DNA of 64,000 nt from Deltaproteobacteria bacterium HGW-Deltaproteobacteria-4 (GTDB lineage Bacteria; Desulfobacterota; Desulfuromonadia; Desulfuromonadales; UBA2197): contig PHAV01000002.1 of the NCBI GenBank assembly GCA_002841765.1, forward strand, positions 201,604 to 265,603, in the 5' to 3' direction. Position 1 is the first letter of the stretch. The number at the start of each line of letters is the position of its first letter. The position numbers were made by a program, and so were the translations under genes. Of this stretch, positions 38,239-47,545 are shown piece after piece. Under the pieces are notes generated by a model that did no database searches, had not been told where the DNA came from, and was given only the letters and a program-made list of their open reading frames with translations.

Positions 38239-38499
38239 ATGAATACGATTTCAGCCAACGAATTGAAGACCAAGGGTGTTGCTTCGATTGAGTCGGCTTT
38301 AGCGAAGGGTGCGGAGGCGATTATTTCGGTGCGTGGCCAAGAGCGTTATGTGGTCATGAATCTGGACGAGTATAACCGGTTGAGGGTCTGCGAACTTGAA
38401 TCAGCCCTCTACGAAACGCGGCAGGAGTTTGCAGCCGGCGCGTTTGTCGAGGAGAGCGTGGATGAGCATATCGCGCGGATCCGGACGGCGGCGAGATGA
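38239..38499 (+). CDS. Phd/YefM-family antitoxin
   Basis: MNTISANELKTKG, IISVRGQERYVVM; GGAGG RBS. Confidence 0.82.
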   Translation: MNTISANELKTKGVASIESALAKGAEAIISVRGQERYVVMNLDEYNRLRVCELESALYETRQEFAAGAFVEESVDEHIARIRTAAR

Positions 38500-38771
38500 G
38501 CTTTCGGATCATCTATACCGATGCTTATCTGAAGCGCGCTACAAAGTTTATCAAGCGACATCCCGAAATTCTCCCTCAGTATGAAAAAACCCTGAAACTG
38601 CTGGAACTCAACCCGTCACACCCGTCTCTTCGCTTGCATCGTCTTGGTGGGGCTTTGCGGGATCTGCATTCAGTATCGATCAACATCAGCTATCGAATGA
38701 CCCTGGAGTTTTTTCTCGATGACGAGATGATCGTTTTGGTGAACGTCGGCAGTCATGATGACGTTTATTGA
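38496..38771 (+). CDS. RelE-superfamily (YafQ-like) mRNA interferase toxin
   Basis: LLELNPSHPSLRLHRL, SVSINISYR, C-terminal VGSHDDVY; ATGA overlap. Confidence 0.82.
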   Translation: MSFRIIYTDAYLKRATKFIKRHPEILPQYEKTLKLLELNPSHPSLRLHRLGGALRDLHSVSINISYRMTLEFFLDDEMIVLVNVGSHDDVY

Positions 38772-38809
38772 TGTTGGAATCGGATAACATCCCAAGGCCA
38801 TAACCCTTC

Positions 38810-38838
38810 GCCGCGGCGAGAATCTATGAAAATCTGTC
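38810..38838. repeat. Repeat family A, left half only
   Basis: GCCGCGGCGAGAATCTATGAAAATCTGTC, 28/29 identical to the start of A2. Confidence 0.8.
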
Positions 38839-38875
38839 TCGCTTGCAGTTACCAATATCTTAAAGACTTATTGGA

Positions 38876-38965
38876 CGCAGTTAAAATCTGAAAAGGCATG
38901 ATTTTAAACACAAAGCTAATTGATTGGTTCAATCAGAAGTGATCAGATTTGATCCGCGTGCGATG
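38876..38965. repeat. Repeat family B, full copy 2
   Basis: Homologous to 9723-9810 (62/80 in the core alignment). Confidence 0.75.
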
Positions 38966-39134
38966 AATGAGGGCTTTGTTGCCCTCCTGTTGCGATCCCC
39001 TCGCAAAATACTTTGCGGCGTTCTCTTCCTGTGCTATTAATCCTTCGTACCGCTCTTATCTGAACACGTTGACAGCGCCCGCTTCAGTCGGGCCGCGCTG
39101 CGGCGCTTTAATTATACCTGGATGGGGTTCCTGA

Positions 39135-40787
39135 ATGCCTTCAATCACCCTCTTTTATATCCTGCTGACCGCTCTCTTCGTTGTCCTGATCCTGATCCCG
39201 CCCATCACCCGTTTGGCGATCACTCTCGATAAAGTCGATATCCCGGACGCGCGCAAGATCCATAGCGGTAAAATTCCCCGTCTTGCCGGTATCGCCATCT
39301 TCCTTGCGGTGTTGTTCTCGATTCTCCTTTTCTGCGACATTACCCGTCCGGTTCGGGGCTTTCTCGCCGGCGGGGTCATTATCTTTGCCACCGGGCTTTA
39401 TGACGATCTCATCGGTCTGCGGCCGCGCTGGAAATTGCTCGGGGAGATCCTGGCCGCGCTGACCGCCGTGCTCATCGGTGATGTCGCTCTTAACAACCTC
39501 GGAAATCTGGTCGGCACCGGCGATCTTCATCTCGGCTGGCTGGCCATTCCCTTTACGGTGCTGGGGATTGTCGGGGTCACCAATGCCATCAATCTGCTCG
39601 ATGGTCTTGATGGCCTCGCCGGCGGTATTTCCACCATTGCCGCTGTTGCCCTGGCCCTTCTGGCTTATATGGCCGGTCACCAGCAACTCCTTTATTTGCT
39701 TGTCGCCCTCCTCGGCGCCCTCCTCGGCTTCCTCAAATTCAACACTTATCCGGCCCGCATCTTTATGGGCGACAGCGGCAGCCTCTTTATCGGCTACAGC
39801 CTTGCGCTCTTTGCCGTCATCCTGTGCGGCGGCGCTGAAAGCCATATTTCCGCAATCACTCCGCTGCTGCTGCTGGTGGTGCCGATCGTCGATACCTTTA
39901 TTGTCATGGTCAGCCGCTGGCGCCGTGGTCTGGCCCTCTCTTCCCCGGATAATACCCATATCCATCATCGTCTGCTCGGGGTCGGTTTCGGCCACAAAGC
40001 GACGGTGATCATTCTCTATTCCCTCAGTTATTGCATGGCGATTGTCGCTATCGGGCTCAGTCGCTTGCCGGATTATCAGCAGCTGGGGTTCCTTGTGCCG
40101 ATTATCCTCGTTTTGGCGTTTCTGCATCACTACATCAACCCGCAGCTACTCGATAATCTTCCGCTGCTGCGCAGCGATGAGTCGTTGCGGCAGAGTCCCG
40201 CCTACCGGCTCCTGCTCCTTTATTCCGGAAATATCCTGTCGATGGTGAAATATCTGGTACTGATCGCGGTCGCCCTGGCGGTCTTTCTCCCGGCCGACCT
40301 TTCGATCAATGCCCCGATCGTTGCACTGCTGCTGCTGCTGTTGTCCCTCACCGTTCTGGCGATGACGCGCGACTGGGGCAACCCTTTCCTCCATTTCCTT
40401 CTTTATGTCGACGGTGCTTATCTCCTCTTTCTGCTCGAGAACTACGGCAAGGCTGCGCACTTCGCCGGACTCCCGCTTTTGGCTCTTTCCCACGTCCTCT
40501 TTTTGCTGCTGCTGCTGTGTTGTGCTCTCCGACTTTATATCGATCGCCGCTCGCGCCATCTGATGCAATCGCCGCTGGAGTATCTCCTTTTTTTCCTCGT
40601 GGTCTCGGTGCCGCTCCTCCCTCAGGATTTCTTGCAACGCTATGATCTTTTGATGGTGATGGCGAAGACGGTGATCCTCTTTGCTGCCTATCGCATGGTG
40701 CAGTTGCGCAAGGGGCAGCGGCACCGGCGGATCGTGTTGGTCACGCTGCTGACCTTGCTGGTGGTGGCGGTGAAGGGTTTTCTCTAA
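39135..40787 (+). CDS. wecA: MraY/WecA-family undecaprenyl-phosphate sugar-1-phosphate transferase with C-terminal membrane extension
   Basis: ARKIH, GLYDD, NAINLLDGLDGLAGG, IFMGDSG, PDNTHIHHRLL. Confidence 0.88.
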   Translation: MPSITLFYILLTALFVVLILIPPITRLAITLDKVDIPDARKIHSGKIPRLAGIAIFLAVLFSILLFCDITRPVRGFLAGGVIIFATGLYDDLIGLRPRWKLLGEILAALTAVLIGDVALNNLGNLVGTGDLHLGWLAIPFTVLGIVGVTNAINLLDGLDGLAGGISTIAAVALALLAYMAGHQQLLYLLVALLGALLGFLKFNTYPARIFMGDSGSLFIGYSLALFAVILCGGAESHISAITPLLLLVVPIVDTFIVMVSRWRRGLALSSPDNTHIHHRLLGVGFGHKATVIILYSLSYCMAIVAIGLSRLPDYQQLGFLVPIILVLAFLHHYINPQLLDNLPLLRSDESLRQSPAYRLLLLYSGNILSMVKYLVLIAVALAVFLPADLSINAPIVALLLLLLSLTVLAMTRDWGNPFLHFLLYVDGAYLLFLLENYGKAAHFAGLPLLALSHVLFLLLLLCCALRLYIDRRSRHLMQSPLEYLLFFLVVSVPLLPQDFLQRYDLLMVMAKTVILFAAYRMVQLRKGQRHRRIVLVTLLTLLVVAVKGFL

Positions 40788-40880
40788 AGCTGAAGGGGTG
40801 CCTTCCCTGGCCGGATGGCTTTTCTTCCGGATCAGGCTGTGCTACTATCCGCCGCCAATTCACTCGAAACGGCAGTCTTC

Positions 40881-43064
40881 ATGACCAAGACCTTTACAGC
40901 GCTCCTTCCGCACATTCTCCCCTGGCTCGTCGATGAAACGGGTCTGCGTCCGCAACAGCTGCAACAGACCGCCCGGCTCTTTGATGAAGGCGGCACCGTC
41001 CCCTTTATTGCCCGCTACCGCAAGGAACAGACCGGTGAGCTCGATGAGGTGCAGATCCGCAGCATCGAGGAGCGCCTTTGCTATTACAGCGAACTCCTCG
41101 ACCGCAAGGCAACGATCCTTGCGTCGATCCGCGAGCAGGGGAAGCTCAGTGATGAACTGGCGGACCGCATCGCCCTTACCCGGCAAAAGACCGAACTCGA
41201 AGACCTTTACCTCCCTTACAAGCCGAAGCGCCGCACCAAGGCGATCATTGCCCGCGAACGCGGCCTTGAGCCCTTGGCCGACCTTCTTGCGGCGCAGGAA
41301 GCGACGACCCTGACTCTGGCTGAGCTTGCCGCCCCCTTTGTCGATGCGGACAAGGAGGTGCCCGATGCGGCCACTGCCCTGGCCGGTGCCGGTCATATTC
41401 TCGCCGAGCGCCTGGCCGAAGATGCCGACGTCCGGGCCCGGGTGCGGCAGCTGACCTGGGACGCCGGGATCATCACCAGCCGGGTGGCAACCGAGAAGCT
41501 CGGTACGGTCAGCAAGTTCGAGATGTACTACGATTACCGCGAGGCGCTGAAGAGTATCCCTTCGCACCGCATGCTCGCCATGCGCCGCGGCGAGGTCGAG
41601 GAAGTGCTGCGTCTGGCTCTGGAAGCGCCGGAGGCAGAGATACTCCTTTATCTGCAGGGGCGCCTGCTCAAGGGGGCAAGTGTCTTTGCGCCCTTTCTTT
41701 GCGCCGTGGCGGGCGATGCCTACAAGCGTCTGATCTCGGCTTCGATCGAGGTTGAGCTGCGCCTGGAAGCGAAAAAACGTGCTGACGAAGGTGCGATTGC
41801 GATCTTTGCCGGCAATCTGCGCAACCTCCTGCTGGCGCCGCCGGTGGGGAATCTGCGCGTTCTCGGTGTCGATCCCGGTCTGCGTACCGGTTCGAAGCTG
41901 GCAGTCATCGATGCCACCGGTAAATTCTGCGAACATGTCACTATCTACCCCCACACCGGCGAAGCACGGGTGGCGGCGGCAAAGAAAGAGCTGCTGCGTC
42001 TGATTGCCGCGCATCAGGTGGAGATGGTCGCCATCGGCAACGGCACCGCCGGCCGCGAGATGGAAGAGTTCGTCAAGGTGACCTGCGTTGAGGCGGGGCT
42101 GCGCCTGCCGGTTGTCGCGGTCAGTGAGTCCGGGGCGAGTATCTATTCGGCTTCGGATATTGCCCGTGAAGAGTTCCCCGAGCTCGATCTCACCGTGCGC
42201 GGCGCTATCTCCATTGCCCGCCGCCTGCAGGATCCGTTGGCGGAGCTGGTCAAGCTCGATGCCAAGAGCATCGGTGTCGGCCAGTATCAGCATGATGTCA
42301 ATCAAGTTGCCCTGAAGAAGGCCCTCGACGCCGTGGTCGAAAGCTGCGTCAACTGGGTCGGCGTAGATCTCAATACCGCCAGCTGGGCGCTCCTGGCTTA
42401 CGTTGCCGGCATCGGTGATTCCCTCGCCCAGGCGATTGTCCGTTATCGCGATGAGCACGGCCCCTTTGCCACCCGCAAGGCGCTGCTCAAGGTCCCCCGC
42501 TTCGGCGCCAAGGCCTTTGAACAGGCCGCCGGCTTTCTCCGTATTCGCGGCGGCAGTGATCCCCTGGATAATACTGCGGTCCATCCCGAACGGTATCCTC
42601 TGGTTAAGGTCATGGCCGCTGATCTCGGCAGCAGTGTCGCCCTGCTGGCCAGGGAACCGGCGCTGGCGGGGCAGATCGATCTGCTGCGCTATGTCACCGC
42701 CGAAGTCGGCCTGCCGACCTTGCGCGACATTGTTGCCGAGCTCAAAAAGCCGGGCCGCGATCCGCGCGCCAGCTTCCAGATGGCGAGTTTTCGCGACGAC
42801 GTCAAGGAGCTCAGTGATTTGCGCGCAGGGATGATCCTGGAAGGGGTGGTCACCAACGTCACCGCCTTTGGCGCGTTTGTCGACGTCGGTGTACATCAGG
42901 ACGGATTGGTGCATGTCAGTCACCTCGGGCACCGCTTTATCCGTGATCCGAACGAGGCGGTGAAGGTCGGGCAGATCGTCAAGGTCAAGGTTCTCAGCGT
43001 CGATACGCCGCGCAAGCGTATCGGTCTGTCGATCAAGGAGGCGTCTCCGGCGCCGGCAAGGTAG
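40881..43064 (+). CDS. tex: Tex-family RNA-binding transcription accessory protein
   Basis: TVPFIARYRKEQTG, LEDLYLPYKPKRRT, GVDPGLRTG, IARRLQDPLAELVK, C-terminal S1 (NVTAFGAFVDVGVHQDGLVH); ATG 40881 preferred. Confidence 0.95.
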   Translation: MTKTFTALLPHILPWLVDETGLRPQQLQQTARLFDEGGTVPFIARYRKEQTGELDEVQIRSIEERLCYYSELLDRKATILASIREQGKLSDELADRIALTRQKTELEDLYLPYKPKRRTKAIIARERGLEPLADLLAAQEATTLTLAELAAPFVDADKEVPDAATALAGAGHILAERLAEDADVRARVRQLTWDAGIITSRVATEKLGTVSKFEMYYDYREALKSIPSHRMLAMRRGEVEEVLRLALEAPEAEILLYLQGRLLKGASVFAPFLCAVAGDAYKRLISASIEVELRLEAKKRADEGAIAIFAGNLRNLLLAPPVGNLRVLGVDPGLRTGSKLAVIDATGKFCEHVTIYPHTGEARVAAAKKELLRLIAAHQVEMVAIGNGTAGREMEEFVKVTCVEAGLRLPVVAVSESGASIYSASDIAREEFPELDLTVRGAISIARRLQDPLAELVKLDAKSIGVGQYQHDVNQVALKKALDAVVESCVNWVGVDLNTASWALLAYVAGIGDSLAQAIVRYRDEHGPFATRKALLKVPRFGAKAFEQAAGFLRIRGGSDPLDNTAVHPERYPLVKVMAADLGSSVALLAREPALAGQIDLLRYVTAEVGLPTLRDIVAELKKPGRDPRASFQMASFRDDVKELSDLRAGMILEGVVTNVTAFGAFVDVGVHQDGLVHVSHLGHRFIRDPNEAVKVGQIVKVKVLSVDTPRKRIGLSIKEASPAPAR

Positions 43065-43094
43065 CGAAGTCTCTAAAATTAAAGGAGTAGAGGT

Positions 43095-44006
43095 ATGGAA
43101 GTGTTGGACTGGAACGGCATGATCAAATCAGCCTGGAGCATCTGTCTGGTGCTGGCGGTTGCCTGGGTCGGTTTTTTCCTTCTCGACAAAATCATTCTCA
43201 GGGCCAAGGATACGATGCTCAAAAAGAGCGAACAGGAAGGGGAGCCGCTGAGCGAGGCCGGCAAGCGCATCGACACTTTAATGCGTCTGGTGCGGCAAGG
43301 GGCGAGATTGGCGTTGCTCGCCGTGGTGCTGTTGATGGTGTTGGGCGAACTCGGGGTACAGATCGCCCCGATTCTGGCCGGCGCCGGAGTGCTCGGCCTG
43401 GCCGTCGGTTTCGGAGCCCAGGCCCTGGTCCGCGACATCATTTCCGGCTTCTTTTTCATCATGGAGAATCAGGTACGGGTCGGCGACGTTGCGGTGGTGA
43501 ACGGCACCGGTGGTTTGGTGCAGGAGATGAATTTCCGCACCCTGGTGCTGCGGGATCTATCCGGTACGGTCCATATCTTTCCCAACGGCACCATCAATAC
43601 CTTGAGCAACATGACCAATGAATGGTCGGCCTACGTCTTCGAAATCGGCGTCGCTTACAAGGAAAATACCGATCGCGTCATCGAAGTGATCCGCGAGGTG
43701 GGCGCTGACCTGCAACAGGACCCTGCTTTCGATGCTTTTATTCTCGAACCGGTGGAGATCTTCGGTGTCGACAGCTTTGGCGATTCGGCGGTAGTGATCA
43801 AGGGACGGATCAAGACCAGGCCGATGCAGAAATGGGTCACGGGCCGCGAATTCCTGCGCCGTCTCAAGATGGCGTTCGACGCGCAGGGGATCGAAATACC
43901 CTTTCCGCACCGCACCCTTTACTTCGGCGAAACGAGTCTGCCCGGAGATCTGCGTTTGCTGGCGAAGGGGCCGGAGCCCGGCGACGGAGTTGCCAAAAGT
44001 GCATAA
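43095..44006 (+). CDS. Small-conductance mechanosensitive channel (MscS/YbiO family)
   Basis: GLAVGFGAQALVRDIISG, VRVGD, GTVHIFPNG, GIEIPFP. Confidence 0.92.
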   Translation: MEVLDWNGMIKSAWSICLVLAVAWVGFFLLDKIILRAKDTMLKKSEQEGEPLSEAGKRIDTLMRLVRQGARLALLAVVLLMVLGELGVQIAPILAGAGVLGLAVGFGAQALVRDIISGFFFIMENQVRVGDVAVVNGTGGLVQEMNFRTLVLRDLSGTVHIFPNGTINTLSNMTNEWSAYVFEIGVAYKENTDRVIEVIREVGADLQQDPAFDAFILEPVEIFGVDSFGDSAVVIKGRIKTRPMQKWVTGREFLRRLKMAFDAQGIEIPFPHRTLYFGETSLPGDLRLLAKGPEPGDGVAKSA

Positions 44007-44069
44007 ACAGGGTAATGTAGCCGCTGGTTACGGCGTCAATTTTTCAAACTTTGCCAAGGAGTCAACAAA

Positions 44070-44912
44070 ATGGTCCGTCAAATAGTGATTCTGTGCATGG
44101 CCTTTTCCTTGCTGACTGTTCCGGTCTTTGCCTTTTCGCAAGAAGGGGGGATGGGCTGTGGCGCCGGCAAATGCAGCGATTGCCACAGTCTTTCACTGAA
44201 AGAAGCCACCACCCTGCTCAAGGGGATTGACAAGGTCCTGGCGGTCGAATTCTCGGAGCTTCCCGGTTTCTGGACCGTCGATGCCGAAAAGGCCGGGCAG
44301 AAGTTCCCCATCTTTGTCGATTTTTCGAAAAAATATGTCCTGGCCGGCAGCATCATCAAGATTGCCACCGGCGAAGACCTGACCCAGCAACGCATGGCTC
44401 AGCTGAACAAGGGGAATCCTGCTGCCGCTCCGTCCAGTGCTGTTGCCAAAAAAGTCGACATCAAGTCGATTCCTGTCGATGATGCCATTCTCCTCGGCAG
44501 AGCCGATGCCAAATCCAAGGTGATCGTCTTTACCGATCCCGAATGTCCCTACTGTAAAAAAGTGCACAGCGAGATGCAGGAAGTCGTCAAGGCCGATCCG
44601 AATATCGCGTTCCTGATTAAGCTGATGCCCTTGAAGATGCACCCGAATGCTTACGGTCTCTCCAAGACCATCCTTTGTTCGACCAATCCCCTTTCCGTCC
44701 TGGAAGCGGTCTTTCACGGGGCGCCGGTCGCTCCTTCTGCCTGTCCGACCACCAAGGTCGATGAAACCCTGGCATCGGCCCAGCAATTGGGGATTACCTC
44801 GACCCCGACGCTGATCCTGCCGGACGGTACGATTCTGCCCGGCTATAAAAAAGCCCCTGATCTTCTCAAGATTCTCGGGTCGAACGTGACTCTCCCCGCG
44901 GCGGGGAAGTAA
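44070..44912 (+). CDS. DsbC/DsbG-like periplasmic thiol-disulfide isomerase
   Basis: Signal peptide, dimerisation region, FTDPECPYC, GITSTPT; extra N-terminal CGAGKCSDCH. Confidence 0.85.
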   Translation: MVRQIVILCMAFSLLTVPVFAFSQEGGMGCGAGKCSDCHSLSLKEATTLLKGIDKVLAVEFSELPGFWTVDAEKAGQKFPIFVDFSKKYVLAGSIIKIATGEDLTQQRMAQLNKGNPAAAPSSAVAKKVDIKSIPVDDAILLGRADAKSKVIVFTDPECPYCKKVHSEMQEVVKADPNIAFLIKLMPLKMHPNAYGLSKTILCSTNPLSVLEAVFHGAPVAPSACPTTKVDETLASAQQLGITSTPTLILPDGTILPGYKKAPDLLKILGSNVTLPAAGK

Positions 44913-44983
44913 GTGCCGGTTGATTTTTTCGCAGTCTTCTGTTAAAAGTGACCACCGATTTTAGTGTAGAAGGAGAGTATTAG

Positions 44984-45757
44984 ATGGGTTTGATGAGCGG
45001 GAAACGCGGCGTGGTCTTTGGTGTTGCCAACGATATGAGTATTGCCTGGGGAATTGCGCAGCAATTGCGGGCGCATGGGGCTGAAATTGCATTTACCTAC
45101 CTCAATGAAGCCCTGGAAAAGCGGGTGCGTCCCCTGGCCGAGAGTCTCGGCTCGGAGCTGATCCTCCCTTGCGATGTCGCCAAAGATGAAGATATTGAAG
45201 CAGTCTTCACCGAGATCGGCAAGCGCTGGGGGAAGATCGATTTCGTCGTGCATGCTGTGGCTTATGCCAATCGCGAAGACCTGAAACAGCCTTTTTCGCA
45301 GACGAGTCGCGAAGGCTTCCTCCTTGCCCTTGATATCAGCGCTTATTCGCTGGTCGCCGTGACCCGTTATGCCATCCCGGTGATGAACGAAGGCGGCAGC
45401 ATCCTCACCATGAGTTATCTTGGAGCGGTCCGCTATGTCCCCAATTACAACGTCATGGGTGTGGCAAAAGCCGCGCTGGAATCTTCGGTCCTTTATCTGG
45501 CCGCGGAACTCGGCGAGAAGGGGATCCGCGTCAACGCCATCTCCGCCGGCCCGATCAAGACTCTGGCCGCCTCGGGAATTGCCAACTTCAAGGCGAAAAT
45601 CAAGTTGATGGACGATTACGCGCCGCTGCGCCGGACCGTGACCCAGGATGAAGTCGGCAAATCTTCTTTGTACCTCCTTTCCGATCTGTCGAGCGGCGTC
45701 ACCGGTGAAGTCCATTATGTCGACGCCGGCTTCAACTTTGTCGTCGTTTCCGGATGA
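44984..45757 (+). CDS. fabI: Enoyl-ACP reductase FabI
   Basis: GVANDMSIAWGIA, DISAYS, YNVMGVAKAALE, NAISAGPIKTLAA. Confidence 0.96.
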   Translation: MGLMSGKRGVVFGVANDMSIAWGIAQQLRAHGAEIAFTYLNEALEKRVRPLAESLGSELILPCDVAKDEDIEAVFTEIGKRWGKIDFVVHAVAYANREDLKQPFSQTSREGFLLALDISAYSLVAVTRYAIPVMNEGGSILTMSYLGAVRYVPNYNVMGVAKAALESSVLYLAAELGEKGIRVNAISAGPIKTLAASGIANFKAKIKLMDDYAPLRRTVTQDEVGKSSLYLLSDLSSGVTGEVHYVDAGFNFVVVSG

Positions 45758-45786
45758 TCAGTTTTTCCCACTGTTGTTCTGTTTCA

Positions 45787-45814
45787 CAAAAAGGGCCCCT
45801 CCGGGCTCTTTTTG
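45787..45814. terminator. Terminator-like hairpin after fabI
   Basis: CAAAAAGGGCCC-CTCC-GGGCTCTTTTTG. Confidence 0.7.
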
Positions 45815-45834
45815 CGTCTGGGGGAGGGCGCTAG

Positions 45835-47490
45835 ATGGTTGTGCATGGCAACCTGGCCGGTCTGCGGGCCGCGCAGATTCTCAATCTCGAACGTCTTTAC
45901 CAGCGGCGTCTGCCGGCCAGTCAACTCCTCACCCCGGAGTTGGCCCGCGAGCTTGCCGAGCGTTCTTTTGAGCTGAAACGCCAGATCGGTCTGATTATCG
46001 ATCGTTTCGGAGCGATCCGCCACGTGATTGTCGGTGACGACCGGCAGATCGTCATCCCCGACCTCTCGGCGTTAAGTCTCGGCCGCAGTCGTTTGCGCGG
46101 GGTGCGCTGTCTCCATACCCATCTGCATGATGAACCCCTCAGCCGCGATGACCTCGCCGACCTCTCGCTGTTGCGTCTTGATATGATGCTGGCGCTGCAG
46201 GTGACAGCCGCCGGTCTGCCTGGCCGCATCGATTATGCCTTTCTCCTCCCGACGCAGGGGGAGAAGGAGAAGACTGAAGTCGCCTCCGCCCCGTCGATCT
46301 ATGAGCTGGCGATCGATCCGCAGGAGTTCATCCGCGCCCTCGAAGGGGAGATGGAGAAGCGTCTTGCCGAGACTGTCGATCTCGGCGACCCCCGTGAGCG
46401 CGCCATCCTCATTTCCGTCAGTAACGAGGCGCGCGAGGAAGCGGAGGATTCTCTCGATGAACTCGCCGAGCTGGCGCGTACTGCCGATCTGGTGATTCTC
46501 GATCGGGTTCTGCAGCGCACTCGCCAGATCAATCCGAGATATCTTTTGGGGGAAGGGAAGCTGCGGGAAGTAGTGATCAGTGCCCTGGAGCAGGGAGCGA
46601 CCCTCCTGGTCTTTGATCAGGATCTCTCCCCGTCGCAGGTGCGCTCGATCTCGGAGGTCACCGAACTCAAGGTTATTGACCGCACCCAGCTGATTCTCGA
46701 TATCTTTGCCAGGCGTGCCCATACCCGCGACGGCAAGGTGCAGGTGGAGCTGGCGCAGCTCAAGTACATCCTGCCCCGCCTCAGCGGCAAGGGGATCGCT
46801 TTGTCGCGGCTGATGGGGGGGATTGGGGGCCGCGGCCCCGGGGAGACCAAGCTTGAGGTCGATCGCCGCCGGATCCGCGACCGTATCAGTCGTCTTGAAA
46901 AGCAGCTGGAGGAGCTCTCCAAGGGGCGTTTTCAACGCCGGCAAAAACGCATTCGCGCTGGTGTGCCGATCATCTCCATCGTCGGCTACACCAATGCCGG
47001 CAAGTCGACCCTGCTCAATGCCCTGACCCAGAGTGAGATCTTTACCGAAGATCTCCTCTTTGCCACTCTTGATACCTCGAGCCGGCGGTTGCGCTTCCCC
47101 CTGGAGCGGGAGGTGATTATTACCGACACGGTCGGCTTTATCCGCCGGCTGCCGAAGAGTCTGGTCGGGGCCTTCAAGTCGACCCTGGAAGAGTTGGAGG
47201 ATGCCGACCTCCTCCTCCAGGTGGTCGATCTTTCTCATCCCCGTTTTGCCGATCATATTGCCGCTGTCGAGGCAATTCTTGACGAGTTGGATCTCGGCAA
47301 GATCCCCCGGCTCCTCGTCTTTAACAAGATTGATCGTGTCCCCCCCGGGGAAATCGAGCCGCTTTGCCGGCGTTATGCCGCGCTGCCGGTTGCGGCCCGT
47401 GATCGTAAGAGCTTCGGACCGTTGCTGGCGGAGTTGGAGCGGCGCTGCTGGCCGGATCCGCAAGCAGGGCTGACAACCCTGGAGACTTGA
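45835..47490 (+). CDS. hflX: GTPase HflX (long N-terminal form)
   Basis: LDIFARRA, GGRGPGETKLE, GYTNAGKST, LFATLD, DTVGFI, NKID. Confidence 0.95.
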   Translation: MVVHGNLAGLRAAQILNLERLYQRRLPASQLLTPELARELAERSFELKRQIGLIIDRFGAIRHVIVGDDRQIVIPDLSALSLGRSRLRGVRCLHTHLHDEPLSRDDLADLSLLRLDMMLALQVTAAGLPGRIDYAFLLPTQGEKEKTEVASAPSIYELAIDPQEFIRALEGEMEKRLAETVDLGDPRERAILISVSNEAREEAEDSLDELAELARTADLVILDRVLQRTRQINPRYLLGEGKLREVVISALEQGATLLVFDQDLSPSQVRSISEVTELKVIDRTQLILDIFARRAHTRDGKVQVELAQLKYILPRLSGKGIALSRLMGGIGGRGPGETKLEVDRRRIRDRISRLEKQLEELSKGRFQRRQKRIRAGVPIISIVGYTNAGKSTLLNALTQSEIFTEDLLFATLDTSSRRLRFPLEREVIITDTVGFIRRLPKSLVGAFKSTLEELEDADLLLQVVDLSHPRFADHIAAVEAILDELDLGKIPRLLVFNKIDRVPPGEIEPLCRRYAALPVAARDRKSFGPLLAELERRCWPDPQAGLTTLET

Positions 47491-47545
47491 CCCGAAGAGC
47501 GACTTTCTTTACTCTGTTTTCAATCAATTTGCCTGGAGATTTTAC

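Noticed and set aside
8131-38965. Autonomous IS element or prophage accounting for the insertions
   Set aside because: No transposase, integrase, recombinase or phage gene was recognised anywhere in the window; any mobilising enzyme would have to act in trans.
34650-38970. Integron/superintegron interpretation of the TA array
   Set aside because: No intI gene is in the window and repeats A and B lack RYYYAAC...GTTRRRY cores. The single ATCTAAC at 37313 has no properly placed partner. It is kept only as a functional analogy; IntegronFinder would be decisive.
40860-42932. 690 aa minus-strand ORF; similar long antisense ORFs at 5863-7056, 14306-15466, 46072-47463, 58004-59107 and 61915-62973
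   Set aside because: They lie opposite well-supported genes (tex, wzc, MCO, hflX, glyA, ribBA), show no recognisable motifs and are expected shadows of GC-rich codon usage.
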